A DNA stretch of 64,000 bases from Chiloscyllium plagiosum. Lineage: Eukaryota. Below, in pieces: positions 36,501-48,243 of the stretch. The notes beneath the pieces were generated by a model. That model saw only the letters and a list, made by a program, of their open reading frames with translations. It was not told the origin of the DNA and searched no databases. A program made the translations under genes and the position numbers. The first letter of the stretch is position 1, and every line of letters begins with the position of its first letter. The stretch covers positions 18,745,159-18,809,158 of the forward strand of contig NC_057719.1 of NCBI RefSeq assembly GCF_004010195.1, read 5' to 3'.

Positions 36501-36830
36501 TTATATTCCCCTGAGAGGCTATCCCTAATAGTATCGAAAATGATATGCCTGACAGAGAGGGTAACAGCCATAGGAGACTCCTACACTTGCTGCCTGCCTC
36601 TCCTGGCGGTCACACATCTACCTGACTGGACGTGTGGTGTGACCACCTCCCCGTAACTAATGTCTATCACACCCTCTGCCTTCTGTATGCTCCTCAGTGT
36701 GTCCAACTGCTGCTCCAACCAAACAAGGCAGTCTGTGAGGAGCTGCAGCCATTCACACTTCCTGCAGACATAGTCGTCAGGGACTTAGACAATTCCCTGA
36801 TCTCTCATATCTGGAAGGAGGAGATGCCCT
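33520..36830 (-). mobile_element. Near-full-length CR1 LINE: ORF1 (zinc-binding/coiled-coil plus SGNH esterase) and ORF2 (APE endonuclease, RT core deleted)
   Basis: ORF1: RAIMVRDSLVRGTD (GDS block) and QVNAWLRSW...RFLDHW...KRDRLHLNWRG (DGLH block). ORF2: EAIWVE...MGLYYRP, MVDDFNFPKIDW, ENPKAFY...KSLGPDGIYP, QFWLPHYRKDVEALERVQKRFTR. Confidence 0.92.
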
Positions 36831-37381
36831 AAATGCCATCTCTGCCCCTTTACACTCAGAAAGATAAAGGAATCTTACATTATTTGCCTTACTCACTGAA
36901 GCCCAGCTTTCACTTCAGCCTGCGCTTATACTGCTCCAGAAGTTTAGACAGGTTAATTACCAATATCTTCAAGGGACTGGACAATGTGAACACATACCTA
37001 TTGCCCATGTCACTGGGCACATAACATTGCCTCTTGAGCACTGGCATCCACTTAAATCTCACGCCCCCTCTTGCAGCCACTATGTATATAGGAAGTGGTG
37101 GCCAAATTGGAAAATAGGAATTGTGTCGACTGCTCAGCCCAATAAACTTGTTTTGTCATTCACTTAGATTATGGTTGATCTGTCCGGTGTGTCAATTTTG
37201 ATCAAGATCCCTGAGTACCCTTACCTGATAAATATCTATCAACTTAATCTTGAGAATTTCAAGTGATGCAGTGCCAATCATCTTTTAGGGAATTGGGTTC
37301 CAGACACATTTGTTACACCAGAGGAGCAGTTAACTTTAAACCTACCACAACAAATATTCAAAATGGAGCATCTAAATAAAA

Positions 37382-38180
37382 GATGGGGTCCGTTTGTAGG
37401 TGGCGGAAATGTCCGAGGATGATGCGGTGTATATGGAGGTTGGTGGGGTGGAAGGTGAAGATCGGGGGTTTCTGTCCTTGTTGTGGTTGCAAGGGTGGGC
37501 TTCAAGGGCAGAGTTACCCGAAGTGGATGAGATGCGCTGGAGGGCATCATCAATCATGTGAGAGGGGACCCCACCACCAGAGATATATTTCCCTCCCCAC
37601 CCTTATCTGCTTTCCGTAAAGACCATTCCCTCTGTGACATACCTCGTCAGGTCCACACCCCCCCCAACAATCCACTCTCCCCTCCCAGCATCTTCACCTG
37701 CCACCGCAGGAATTGCAAAACCTGCGCCCACACCTCCCTCCTCACCTTCATCCGAGGCCCGAAAGGACCCTTGCACATCCATCAAAGTTTCACCTGCACT
37801 TCCAAACGTCATTTATTGTATCCGTTGCTCCCAATGCGGTCTCCTCTACATTGGGGTGACAGAACGCCTGCTTCAGAGAACATCTTCGGGCCACCCACAC
37901 CAACAAACCCCACTGCCCCATGGCCAAACACTTCAACTCCCCCTTCCACTCCGCCGAGGACATGCAGGTCCTGGGACTCCTCCATCGCCACTCCTTACCA
38001 CCCAAAGCCTGGAGGAAGAACGCCTCATCCTCTGCCTTGGGACCCTCCAACCCCATGGCATCAATGTGGATTTCACCAGTTTCCTCAATTCCCCTCCCCC
38101 ACCTTACCCCTGTTCCAACCTTCCAGCTCAGCACTGTCCTCATGACCTGTCCCATCTGTCCAGCTTCCTTCCCACCTTTC
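37382..38180 (+). mobile_element. Penelope-like retroelement with GIY-YIG endonuclease remnant and inverted 5' segment (37382-37563 on minus strand)
   Basis: Peptides NVIYCIRCSQCGLLYIGVTER, AKHFNSPFHSAEDMQVLGL and LEEERLILCLGTLQPHGINVDF; homologous to 10975-12268. Confidence 0.92.
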
Positions 38181-38714
38181 TGCAATCTTGCACTATAGAA
38201 AATCACAGTATGGAAAACTGCTATAGAAGATCACGCAGGAGAAGATCGCTAATAGAAAATCATTATACCCGTTGAGTAGAAAGTTCACATTATCCAAACA
38301 ACGTTCTCAATTTGTCTTTTGTGTTGTAGCCAATTCGTGCTGATGGAACACGTGTTACAGCAGAACTCCCTGTAATTATTGTTAAGCTCAAATCTCTAGT
38401 CCATAACTTCTTTCTAAAAGGCAGGTCAACTGAGAAATTTTTCAGATGATTAAAAAATCGCTAACTTTTGTAATGCCTCTATAAATAATGGAACTTGATT
38501 ACTGATGAGTACCCCAGTGAGTCATTATACTACACTGTAAAAAGTACCTCATTGGCTGTGAAGCAAAGCATTATAGAGTTGCAGGTCTTTCTTTCTTCCA
38601 AGTACATAGCCAACAATCCTGGTTTCCTCTCATACAGTAATCTTAAAAAATGCCTTCCATCTAGGTGAGTGTGTGCTGTGTGCTGAGTCTCAGTTTTACT
38701 GCATTTGCATGAGG

Positions 38715-39700
38715 TTATTCAAAACTCTGTCTCCTTATATACACCATGTCCCATTCACCCATCCTCCTGTGTTTATTTACTTACAATGGCTCCCAGTTAA
38801 GCAACATGTACATTTTCAAATTTTCATTCTTGTATTCATAAGAAAGTACTAGGAGTAGGAGTAGGCAATTCTAAATTCGAGCCACCTCCACCAATTGATA
38901 CGATCATGATTGATTTCATCTCAGCCTCGACTCTAACAACTTGGCTGTTCTCCATTACCCTTCAACCCCTTATGAACTAAAAACCTGTCAACCTTCTCTT
39001 TAAAATTTATTCAATAACCCAGCATCTACCAAACTCGGAGAAAGTGAATTCCACAGATTCATGACTCTTCTAGAGAAGTAATTTCTCCTCATTTCTGTTT
39101 TAAATCTGCTATTCCTTATCCTAAAACTATGGCCTCTCATTCTAGATTTCCCCACATGAGGAAAACACTCTTTTTGCATTTATTCTGTTCAACACCTTCA
39201 GCATCGTATATGCATCAATTAGATCTTCTCACAGTCTTCTAAACTCCAGCAAGTATTGGCCTAAACTTCTCAATCTCTCTTCATAAGACAATTGCCTCAT
39301 CTCTGGAATTAACACTGTGGATATTTACTTGAGTGCCTTCAGATTTGTGTGTGGCTTCACTCCTCCCTATCTCTGTAATCTTGTCTGGCCCTACAAACCC
39401 CCGAGATCCCCGTGCTTCTCCAACATTGGCCTCTGGAGAATTCCTGCATTTAATCACTTCATCGTTGACCAGTCATGCCTTTGGATGCCCAGACATTGAG
39501 CTTTGGAATTCACCCCAAAACCTCAAAACCTCTCCAGGTGACATTCCACCTTAAAGTGCCTCCTTAAAATCTCTATCTCTTTGGATCAAGCACTTGGTTA
39601 TCAGCGCTAGTCTCTCCTTATTTGCGGCAGTATTAAATTGTAGTTCATATTAGTCCAGTGAAGCATCTTGGAACATTCCACTGTTTTAAAGGTGTATAGT
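38715..39700 (+). mobile_element. Old L2 LINE 3' part interrupted by an antisense old CR1 3' end (~38838-39315)
   Basis: LQWLPVKQHVHFQIFILVF (L2 LHWLPV..RI.FKIL motif), then GFTPPYLCNLVWPYKPPR after the insertion. Confidence 0.7.
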
Positions 39701-39759
39701 TATAATGTAGGACACATTCTTCGTACTAAACATTGTAACTTGGAACCTGTGATATTTGA

Positions 39760-40250
39760 GAAGTTGAAACTAAAGAGTGCATTACAACATTCACTGACAA
39801 CCTTCCGACAACTGTACTGAAGACTTGTGCTCCAAAACTTGCTGCTCCCCTGGCCAAGCTGTTCCAGTACAGTTACAACACCGGCATCTACCCGAATAAT
39901 GTGAAAAATTGCCCATGTATGTACTGTACTTAAAACGCAGGATAATACAAATCCAGCTAATTACCACCCCAACAGTCTATTCTCAAGCACCAGTGATGGA
40001 AGTGCCATCAACAGTGCTATCTAGCAGCACCTACTCAGCGATAACCTGCTCAGTGACGTCTAGTTTGGGTTTTGCCAGGGCCACTCAGCTCCTGACCTCA
40101 TTACAGCCTTGGTTCAAACATGGACAAAACAGCTGAATTCCAGAGGGGAGGTGGAGACTGACAGCCCTTGACATCAAGACTGTATTCGAATGAGTGCGGC
40201 ATCAAGGAGCCCTAACAAAACTGGGATGCAAACTGTTTGCTCATTGGAGT
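39760..40250 (+). mobile_element. CR1-like subfamily B ORF2 fragment (pre-RT and RT N-terminus)
   Basis: VLKTCAPKLAAPLAKLFQYSYNTGIYP...FGFCQGHSAPDLITALVQTW...ALDIK. Confidence 0.8.
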
Positions 40251-40254
40251 CGAG

Positions 40255-42416
40255 AGAGAAGGATGGTCAATACAGGACTGAAGGTGTTGTGTCTGAATGC
40301 ATGCAGTATGACCGAAATTGGAGGTAGACATCACAGAAACAAGGCTGCAAGGGGATTAGGACTGAGAGCTAAATGTCCAAGAGTATACATCCTATCGAAA
40401 AGACAGCAAGTGAGCAAAGGGAGTGGGGTTACCTTTTTAGTAAGAAGCGAAATTAAATCCATAGCAAGAAATGATGTGGTGCTCAGATAATGTAGACTCT
40501 ACGTGGGTAGAGTTGAGGAACTGCAAAGGTTAAAAAAACATTTTGGGAGTTATGTACAGGCCTTCAAATAGTAGTCAGGATTTGAGGCACAAGATAAACC
40601 AGGAGATACAGGAGGCGCATAAGAAAGGAAAGATTACAATGATCATGGAGGATTTCAATACAGAGGGGAACTAATGAGTGGCATGGTGACTCAGTGGTTA
40701 GCACCGCTGCCTCACAGCACCAGGGACCTGGGTTTGATTCCAGCCTCGGGCAACTGTCTATATGTAGTTTGCACATTCTCCCCGTGTCTGCGTGGGTTTC
40801 CTCCGGGTGCTCCGGTTTCCTCCCACAGTCCAAAGATGTGCAAGACAGATGAATTGGCCATGCTAAATTGCCCCATAGTGTTAGTGCATTAGTCAGGGGT
40901 TAATATTGGGAAGGGGAATTGGTCTGGGTGGGTTGCTCTTCGGAGGGTCGGTGTAGACCTGCTGGGCCAAAGAGCCTGTTTCCATACTGTAGAGTATCTA
41001 TCTACCTAAAGGAATGGTGAGGCAACCATGGCTTACAAGGGAATTCAGGGACTACATAAAAGCAAAAGAGAAAGCATATAATGCAGCGAAGGGCAGTGGG
41101 AAGCCTACAAAGACCGACAGAGGACAATGAAGAAAGAAATGAAGAGGGAGAAGATTAAATATGAGAGTAAGATAGCCAGTAATATAAAAGAAAGTTGCAA
41201 GAGTTTCTTTAAATATATAAAGGGCAGAAGGGGATGTTGGACAGCGGGAAAATAATGCTGAAGAAGTAGTAATGGGGAACAAAGAAATAGCTGACGAACT
41301 GAACAAGTACTTCGCATCAGACTTCTTGGTGGAAGACACAAGTCCCAAAAGTTCAAGACAGTCATTGGGTGGGGGGATGAGTATGGTGGCCATCACCAAG
41401 GAGAAGGTGCTAAAAAAACTGAAAGGTCTAAAGTTGAATAACTTACCTGGACCAGATGGACTACACTCCGAAGTTCTAAGGGAGATAGCTGAAGACACAG
41501 TGAAGGCGTTTAGTGGTGATCTTTCAGGAACCATGGAAGTCAGGCAGAGTCCCAGAGGACTGGAAAATCACTAATGTAACCCCCTCTGTTTAAGAAAGGA
41601 GGAAGTCAAAAGAAGGGAAATTACAGGCCGATTAGACTGACCCAAGACATTAGCAAGATTTTGAAGTCCATTATGAAGGATGAGATTTCTGAATACTTGA
41701 AAGTGTATGATAAAACAGAGAAAAGTAAGCATGGTTTCATCAAGGGGAGCTCATGTCTGACAAATATGCTAGAATTCTTTAAGGAGATGACAAGCAGGTT
41801 AGAAAAAGGAGAAACAATGGACGTTATCTACCTGGACTTCAAGAAGGCCTTTGACAAGGTGCCACACAGGAGGCTGCTGAGTAAGATAAGAACCCATGGT
41901 GTCAGAGGCAAGGTGCTAGCATGGAGATGAGCTTGAATGTCTGGCAGAAGGCAAAGAGTGGGGAAAAAAGGGTCCTTCTCAGGATGGAAGCCGGTAACAA
42001 GAAGTGTTCTGCAAAGCTCAGTATTGGGACCACAACTTTTCACTTTATACATGAATGATCTAGATGAAGGAACTGAGGGCATTCTGGCTAAGCTTGCAGA
42101 TGCTGCAAAGATAAGTGGAGATACAGGTAGTATTGAGGAGGTGGGAGTCTGCAGAAGGAATTAGTCAGGTTAGGAGAGTGGGAAAAGAAATAGCAGATGG
42201 AGTACAGCATGGGAATGTGTGAGGTCATGCACTTTGCTGGAAGAATAGAGGCATGGACTATTTTCTAAATGGGTAAAAAATTCAGAAATCTGAAGTGCAA
42301 AGGGACTTAGGAGTCTCCTAAGGTAAACTTGCAGGTTGAGTCTGTAGTTAGTAATGATGGCATTTATTCCAAGGGCTAGAATATAAAAGCAAGGATGCAC
42401 TTCTGAGGATTTATAA
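40255..42416 (+). mobile_element. CR1 LINE ORF2 remnant (endonuclease start through RT)
   Basis: GLKVLCLNACS, IMEDFN, IADELNKYFAS, LPGPDGLHSEVLRE, DVIYLDFKKAFDKVPH, SVLGPQLFTLYMNDL. Confidence 0.9.
40676..41007 (+). mobile_element. HE1 SINE nested in CR1 ORF2
   Basis: A/B boxes, central domain and tail as in the other HE1 copies. Confidence 0.92.
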
Positions 42417-42417
42417 G

Positions 42418-42832
42418 CAACCTGCTTGATTGGCATCATGTCTACAGGATTCACTCCCTCCACCACCAATGCTCAGTCGCACCATTGTGCACTATCTACA
42501 AGATGCACTGCAGAAATTCACCAAGGATCCTCAGACAGCACTTTCCAAACACACAACCATTTCCATCGAGAAAAGGACAGCATATTCATGGGAACACCAC
42601 CACCTTCAAGTTCACCTCCAAGCCACTCATCATCCTGACTTGTTCCTTCACTGTAACTGGGTCAAAATCCTGGAATTCCCTCCCTAATGGCACAGTGGGT
42701 CAACTCACAACAGGTGGACTGCAGTGCTTCAAGCAGGCAGCTTGCTACCACCTTCTCAGGGGCAACTAGGGACAGCCAATAAGTGCTGGACGGTCAGCGA
42801 TGCCCATATCCCACAAATGAGTGGAAAAAAAA
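42418..42832 (+). mobile_element. CR1-like subfamily B 3' end
   Basis: Antisense-homologous to 3612-4020; ends in an A-rich tail. Confidence 0.8.
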
Positions 42833-44254
42833 ACCAGTCCTTTGGGAAATGCAAGATGTTTGAATACATTACTTAGCTCCTCATCATTTAAACCCTATGG
42901 CCAAAACTTTTTAATCTTCCTTGCAAAATATTTTTACACAGATCTTCACACCTTTCCGCTAAATTGAGCAGGCCATTGGTTTTCTCAAGGATGGCTGTGC
43001 TGAATCTGGAGTCGCTTACATACTGTTTAACAGTTATGACACTGTCAAAGAAGCAGGCACCAGCAGCTGTTTTCACTAAAAAAAATCACAGTAAGCCTTT
43101 AAAAGCTGGTAAAGATGTAGCTTTTTTCCATTTACACCACAGGGAGCCGCTCCATGGTACACAGCCCTGAGAGCAGGACTCTAAAAGCCACCCTAAGTGA
43201 GAGCAATTAGGTAATGTGTATTTATCACCCCCTGGAGACTGGTTCTACACTGTTTGTTTTGAAGATTTAAAATGGTAGATTTGAAGAACACTTCCTGCAT
43301 TTACTGAGATGCTCGAACAGTTGCGCTGTCTTGTACTGTTCTGAATGCTGGATCTTAAAGCAAATTAGGTTGAGGTCTTAAAGAACTAAACAAAGCAGTG
43401 GGACAACTCTATATAATTGTTCTGAATGTACACAATTGATATTTGACTTAAGTTGTACAAATTTCAATTCATTTGCATGGAAAACATTTCTGTCCCCAAC
43501 TCCCTTTCTTCTGAATAGTGTGCCTTCAAAGTTAAGAATTACTTGCCGGTCCACTGCCCCTTATGACTGTAGCAAACATGCCCTAAGTCAGATGCATCAG
43601 GGAGTTAGGGTGTTTCTATTTTATTAGAAAACCATGCTCCCATCATTGATTACTAACATAGACCTCCTAATGTCTGCTTCTGGCTTCATAATATACTTCA
43701 CTGTTTTGTATGTTTGGTTTTTATGTCATAATGACAAATTGTATCAGGAAGCAAGATGCAGATGCACAGCACTCACTAAATGCTGGAAACCATAACAAAA
43801 TGTGTTCTATAGAGCTGGGGAATCTGGTGAAAAAATAATATGTTTGCTTCTTTTCATTGTAGTCTTTTCTAGAGCACTTCACAGTGACTTTTCCATGTTG
43901 GTCTTCATCTTGAACTTAAGTGACCTGAAGCTGCACATTGTAATGATAATAGCACAGAAGCTCAGTACATTTAGGTTAGGGACCTCTGGGTTCACAGCAG
44001 TCTTCTACATATGCCTTCAGAGCTGGATGTTGTAAATGATGAGGAGCGGCAAATTAGAAACACAACTCAGAAACTGTACTGAGATTCAAAATCACTGTTA
44101 GAAAAAGGCTGCTGGTTTGGAGAATCCCATTAGAGTACCCCATGCCAATTTAGAAAGTAGGAAATGTCACCAAAATTTCAGAAAATGGCACAAGGTACTG
44201 AATATGAGGTGGGAATTTATTAAGGTCAATGATAGGTATGGAAACAGGCATTTA

Positions 44255-44445
44255 AAAGCAAAATACTGCAGGTGTCAGGGATCTGAAATAAAAACAGAAG
44301 GGTCTGGTCAAACTTAGCAGCTTCTGTGGAGAGAGAGATAAAGTTTTATGATTCAATTGACTCAAACCATTAACTCTAGAGCACTAAGTTTCTCTCTCCA
44401 CAGATATGCCAGACCTGTTGAGTTTCTCCAGCAGTTTCTGTTTGA
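44255..44445 (-). mobile_element. Degraded fold-back short element (family C)
   Basis: AAAGCAAAATACTGCAGGTG...TCTCTCTCCACAGATATGCCAGACCTGTTGAGTTTCTCCAGCAGTTTCTGTTT; similar to 84-640. Confidence 0.6.
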
Positions 44446-45148
44446 ATTAAACAGGCAAGCCTGATAGAATGTGTATCCCATTGAGGCTACCTGAACCTTG
44501 TTTGGGTGAATAAATGTCGCAAGAAATATTTTCACCGCTGCTTATAAGTTGTTTGGTAGCTTTCCTGTCACTGCCCTCTTTCCCATTCTGTTTGGTCAAT
44601 TGTGGTAAAATAAGTGCACTTTGAAATCTAATGGCAAGAGATTCTTGTCTTAATGCGGTATATTGCATGATAATAATGATGTAAAACCTACATGAGTATT
44701 ATAAATATTATTGAGAAGATGATGAGGAAGACACCGATGATCTTTTGAGAACCTAAACTATTTTCCCACAAGTCCACATGACATCACCTTACTGAGTGGT
44801 GCTTAAAGTACTTCACAGCATTAACCCTTTCAAACCTTACACCTATATAACCTTTCCCCAAGCTCTTTTCTCTCGTCAATATCTATACATGTTTCTTTGT
44901 AATTACTTCCACAACTACTCCATCTCCCCCAAGTTTCTGACTTCACAAATATAAATGGTTTGAAGGACTCACTATTCTTCCAGAATGCATTCTCTTCATA
45001 TTGTTAGATTGCTAAGTTTAAAATACTGTTCACTTTCTGACAGTGTGAAGTCAGAAAGACCCTTTATACTAAAAAAAAAGCTCTTAACTCTAAGATTTCT
45101 TTCATGAAGAACAGTTGCTTTGTTGAAATAGGCACTTCTTTTTTTGCA

Positions 45149-45349
45149 GTCAAAAAGTGTGGTGCTGGAAAAGCACAGCCAGTCAGGCAGCATCTGAGGA
45201 GCAGGAGAGTTGATATTTCATGCATAAGCACTTCCTGATGAACCGCTTATGCTCAAAACATCAACTCTCCCGCTGCCTGACCGCTGTACTTTTCTAGTGC
45301 CACACGTTTTGACTCTGATCTCTAGCATCTGTAGTCCTCACTTTCTCCT
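45149..45349 (+). mobile_element. Fold-back Penelope-tail mini-insertion (family A variant) with degenerate hammerhead motif
   Basis: Inverted arms GTCAAAAAGTGTGGTGCTGGAAAAG / CTTTTCTAGTGCCACACGTTTTGAC; CTGATGA at ~45236; approximate TSD ACTT(C)TTTTTTTGCA at 45134-45148 and 45350-45362. Confidence 0.78.
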
Positions 45350-45481
45350 ACTTTTTTTTGCAATCTGCTGAATCCTGCAACCAGGTAATTTTCTCTTTTT
45401 GGTAGCATCCTAGATCTTCAAACCAGACAAAATCCTCTTCAACTTATCCTGAATCTGCTCATCCCATCTCAACGAATCCTT

Positions 45482-45868
45482 AGTGTGGAAGCAGGCCATT
45501 TGGCCATTTGAGTGCACACCAGTCCTCCAAAGAGCATCCCACCCTACCCTATCCCTGTAACCCTGCAGTTTTCATGGATACCCAATACATCCATGGACAC
45601 TATGGACAATTTAACATGGCCAAACAACCTAGATTCCGCATCTTTGGACTGTGAGAGGAAATTGCAGCACACGGAGGAAACCCATGCAGACATGGGGCAA
45701 ATGTGCAAACTGCACACAGACAGTGTGTGCACACTGTAATGATGATAGCACAGAAGCTCAGTACATCTGGGTTAGGGACCTACACACACAGCCTGAAGGT
45801 GGATTCAAACCCAGGTCCCTGGTGCTGTAAGGCAGCAGTGCTAACTACTGAGCCACTATGCCACCCCA
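45482..45868 (-). mobile_element. HE1 SINE with a ~65-bp foreign insert at ~45725-45790
   Basis: HE1 homology on both sides of the insert. Confidence 0.88.
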
Positions 45869-46555
45869 CCACCATCTCAGAGGTGGCTTCCATGCATTTG
45901 TATCACCACATTTTCAAGCTATGTCAGCAGATTTTTATTCTCAATTTGCCAGTAAATCTGCAGTGTGCAGATTCTCTGCTTCAACTTGTTGCTTAACCTG
46001 AGCACTTTAATTCGCTCTCAGCGATTGTGGTATTAGTGAAACCAAAATGCTCCCTTCCCCTGTTGTACTATTTGAAGGTTGCTTCTTGTTTAGTCTGATA
46101 CTTGTCACTGATGCTGAGGATTCTTCCTGAGAGAATAAAGAAATGAAATGTTCTGCTTGAACTTATGTCTCCTCAGACTTGAATCTGTCATTAATATTTG
46201 TTCACTTAGCTGTTTGGCACTCAATTACCTCAGTTGAAGATACATTAATGAGCTCAAATGGTGCACACTGCTTATTAGCTATCTTATTTCTTGTATTCTC
46301 TCACAAACATCTTGCCACATCTTGCTCTACTGCAGTCTGAACTCTCTTCAGTGCTGATAGCAATGAAAAACATTGCCGTCAATCCAGCATAGTCAGAGGT
46401 GTATTCATTGCTGACGGTACAAAACAAGTTTCTTGTGTTCAACATACCTCAGTGAATTCTGTCTTGTGTTTGAATCTTGGGAGCACTGTGATTTTACAGG
46501 TTGTCCTTTGACCGATAGTTCATGAACCAGTTGTTCACTGACTGAATGTTCTAAA

Positions 46556-47054
46556 CAAGAAAGATGTCATGAAACTTGAAAGGGTTCAGAAAAGATTGCC
46601 AGGGTTGGAGGGTTTGAGCTATAAGGTGAGGCTGAATAGGCTGAGGCTGTTTTCCCTGGAGCGTTGGAGGCTGAGGGGTGACCTTATAGAGGTTTATAAA
46701 ATCATTAGGGGCATGGATAAGGTAAATAGACAAGGTCATTTTTCCGGGGTGATGGAGGGCAAAACTAGAGGGTATAGGTTTAAAGTGAGAGGGGAAAAAT
46801 CTAAAAGGGACCTAAGGGTAACTTTTTCAGGCAGAGAGTAATGCGTGTATGGAATGAGCTGCTAGAGGAAGTGGTGGAGGCTAGTACAACTACAACACTT
46901 AAAAGGCATCTGGATAGGTATGTGAATAGGAATGGTTTCGATGAATATAGGCCAAATGCTGGTAAATGAGGCTAGATTAATTTAGGATATCTGGTCGGCA
47001 TGGATGCATTGGACTGAAGGGTCTGTTTCCGTGTTATAAATCGCTATGACTCTA
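46556..47054 (+). mobile_element. HER1-like CR1 3' end
   Basis: ORF 46569 KLERVQKR...RLRGDLIEVYKI; CTATGACTCTA tail. Confidence 0.92.
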
Positions 47055-47920
47055 AAACTAGATGTTTCTTGAAGAATGGCTTCTTGTCTTGAACTAATTT
47101 GAATCCATCACCAGTTTAGAGTTCAGAGTAGTTCAGGTCAAAATACACATTCATGATCAAGCATGGGAATTGTTGATTAAGAAGTATGTACAAGTTCTCT
47201 CCTAAGTGACATCCCTCTTATTCAGAGTTATTTGTTGCATCAATTTAAATCTAAGTAGTACACCTCTAGGATCCTGTGGCTGCATGATTGTAGACTGTAC
47301 AACAGTGTTTCCTCAGCCACAGTACATTATCTGATAGTATAGTAGTGCTCTTCTGTAGCTCGCTTCAAGTTGTGTCCACCGACACAAATATCTTTTTGTC
47401 TTTCTTCTAATTTATTTTTCTTCCTTGCGCGTGTTTATTTAAACAGAGGGTGACAATTTCAGATGATGGAATGTGTCCCACTTGAAATTCAAGATTAGTT
47501 CTGAGGGGATGAATAGGTCAACTGTACATTAAGTTCCAGAAATGGTGCTCCCACAATTTCATAGAATAGGAATGGATAATTTAGCCCAGAAAGACTGCAT
47601 TCTCCTCAGATCATGTCTGACCATCATCTCAATGCACATTTTCTGCAATGGACATTTTCCCTTAATGTCATCCAGAAACCTATTGATTTCTATCTTGAAG
47701 TTTATCAGTGAGATTTATGATGTAAGCTGTATGTTTTATATGTATCTTAATATTATTCATGTTAGAGTTTGGATTTTGGACTGTGAGCATTGGTCTGTGT
47801 GAAGGTAAGAGTTTAGTGATTAACTTGTCTATGGCTGATGGCCACGTAGTCATGGACAAGCAATAGATTTGAAATCTATTGGGGTTGTCCCACCCAGGTT
47901 TGTATCCTGCCAACGGTATT

Positions 47921-48243
47921 AGGGCGGCATGGTGGCCCAGTGGCTAGCATTGCTTCCTCACAGTGCCAGGGACTTGGGTTCAACTCCAGCCTTGGGTGGT
48001 TGTCTATGTGGAGTTTGCACATTCTCCCCGTGTCTGTGTGAGTTTCCTCCCACAATCTGAAGATGTGCAGATTAGGTGCATTAGACATACTAAGTTGTCC
48101 ACAGTGTTCAGGGACGTGTAGGTTGGGTACATTAGTCAGGCATTAAATGTAGGGGAATGGGTCTGGTTGGGCTTCTCTTCGGAGGGTTGGTGTGGACTTG
48201 TTGGGCTGAAGGGCCTGTTTCCACACTGTAGGGATTCTAATCC
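47921..48243 (+). mobile_element. HE1 SINE
   Basis: GGGCGGCATGGTGGCCCAGTGG head; GGGCCTGTTTCCACACTGTAGGGATTCTAA tail. Confidence 0.92.
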
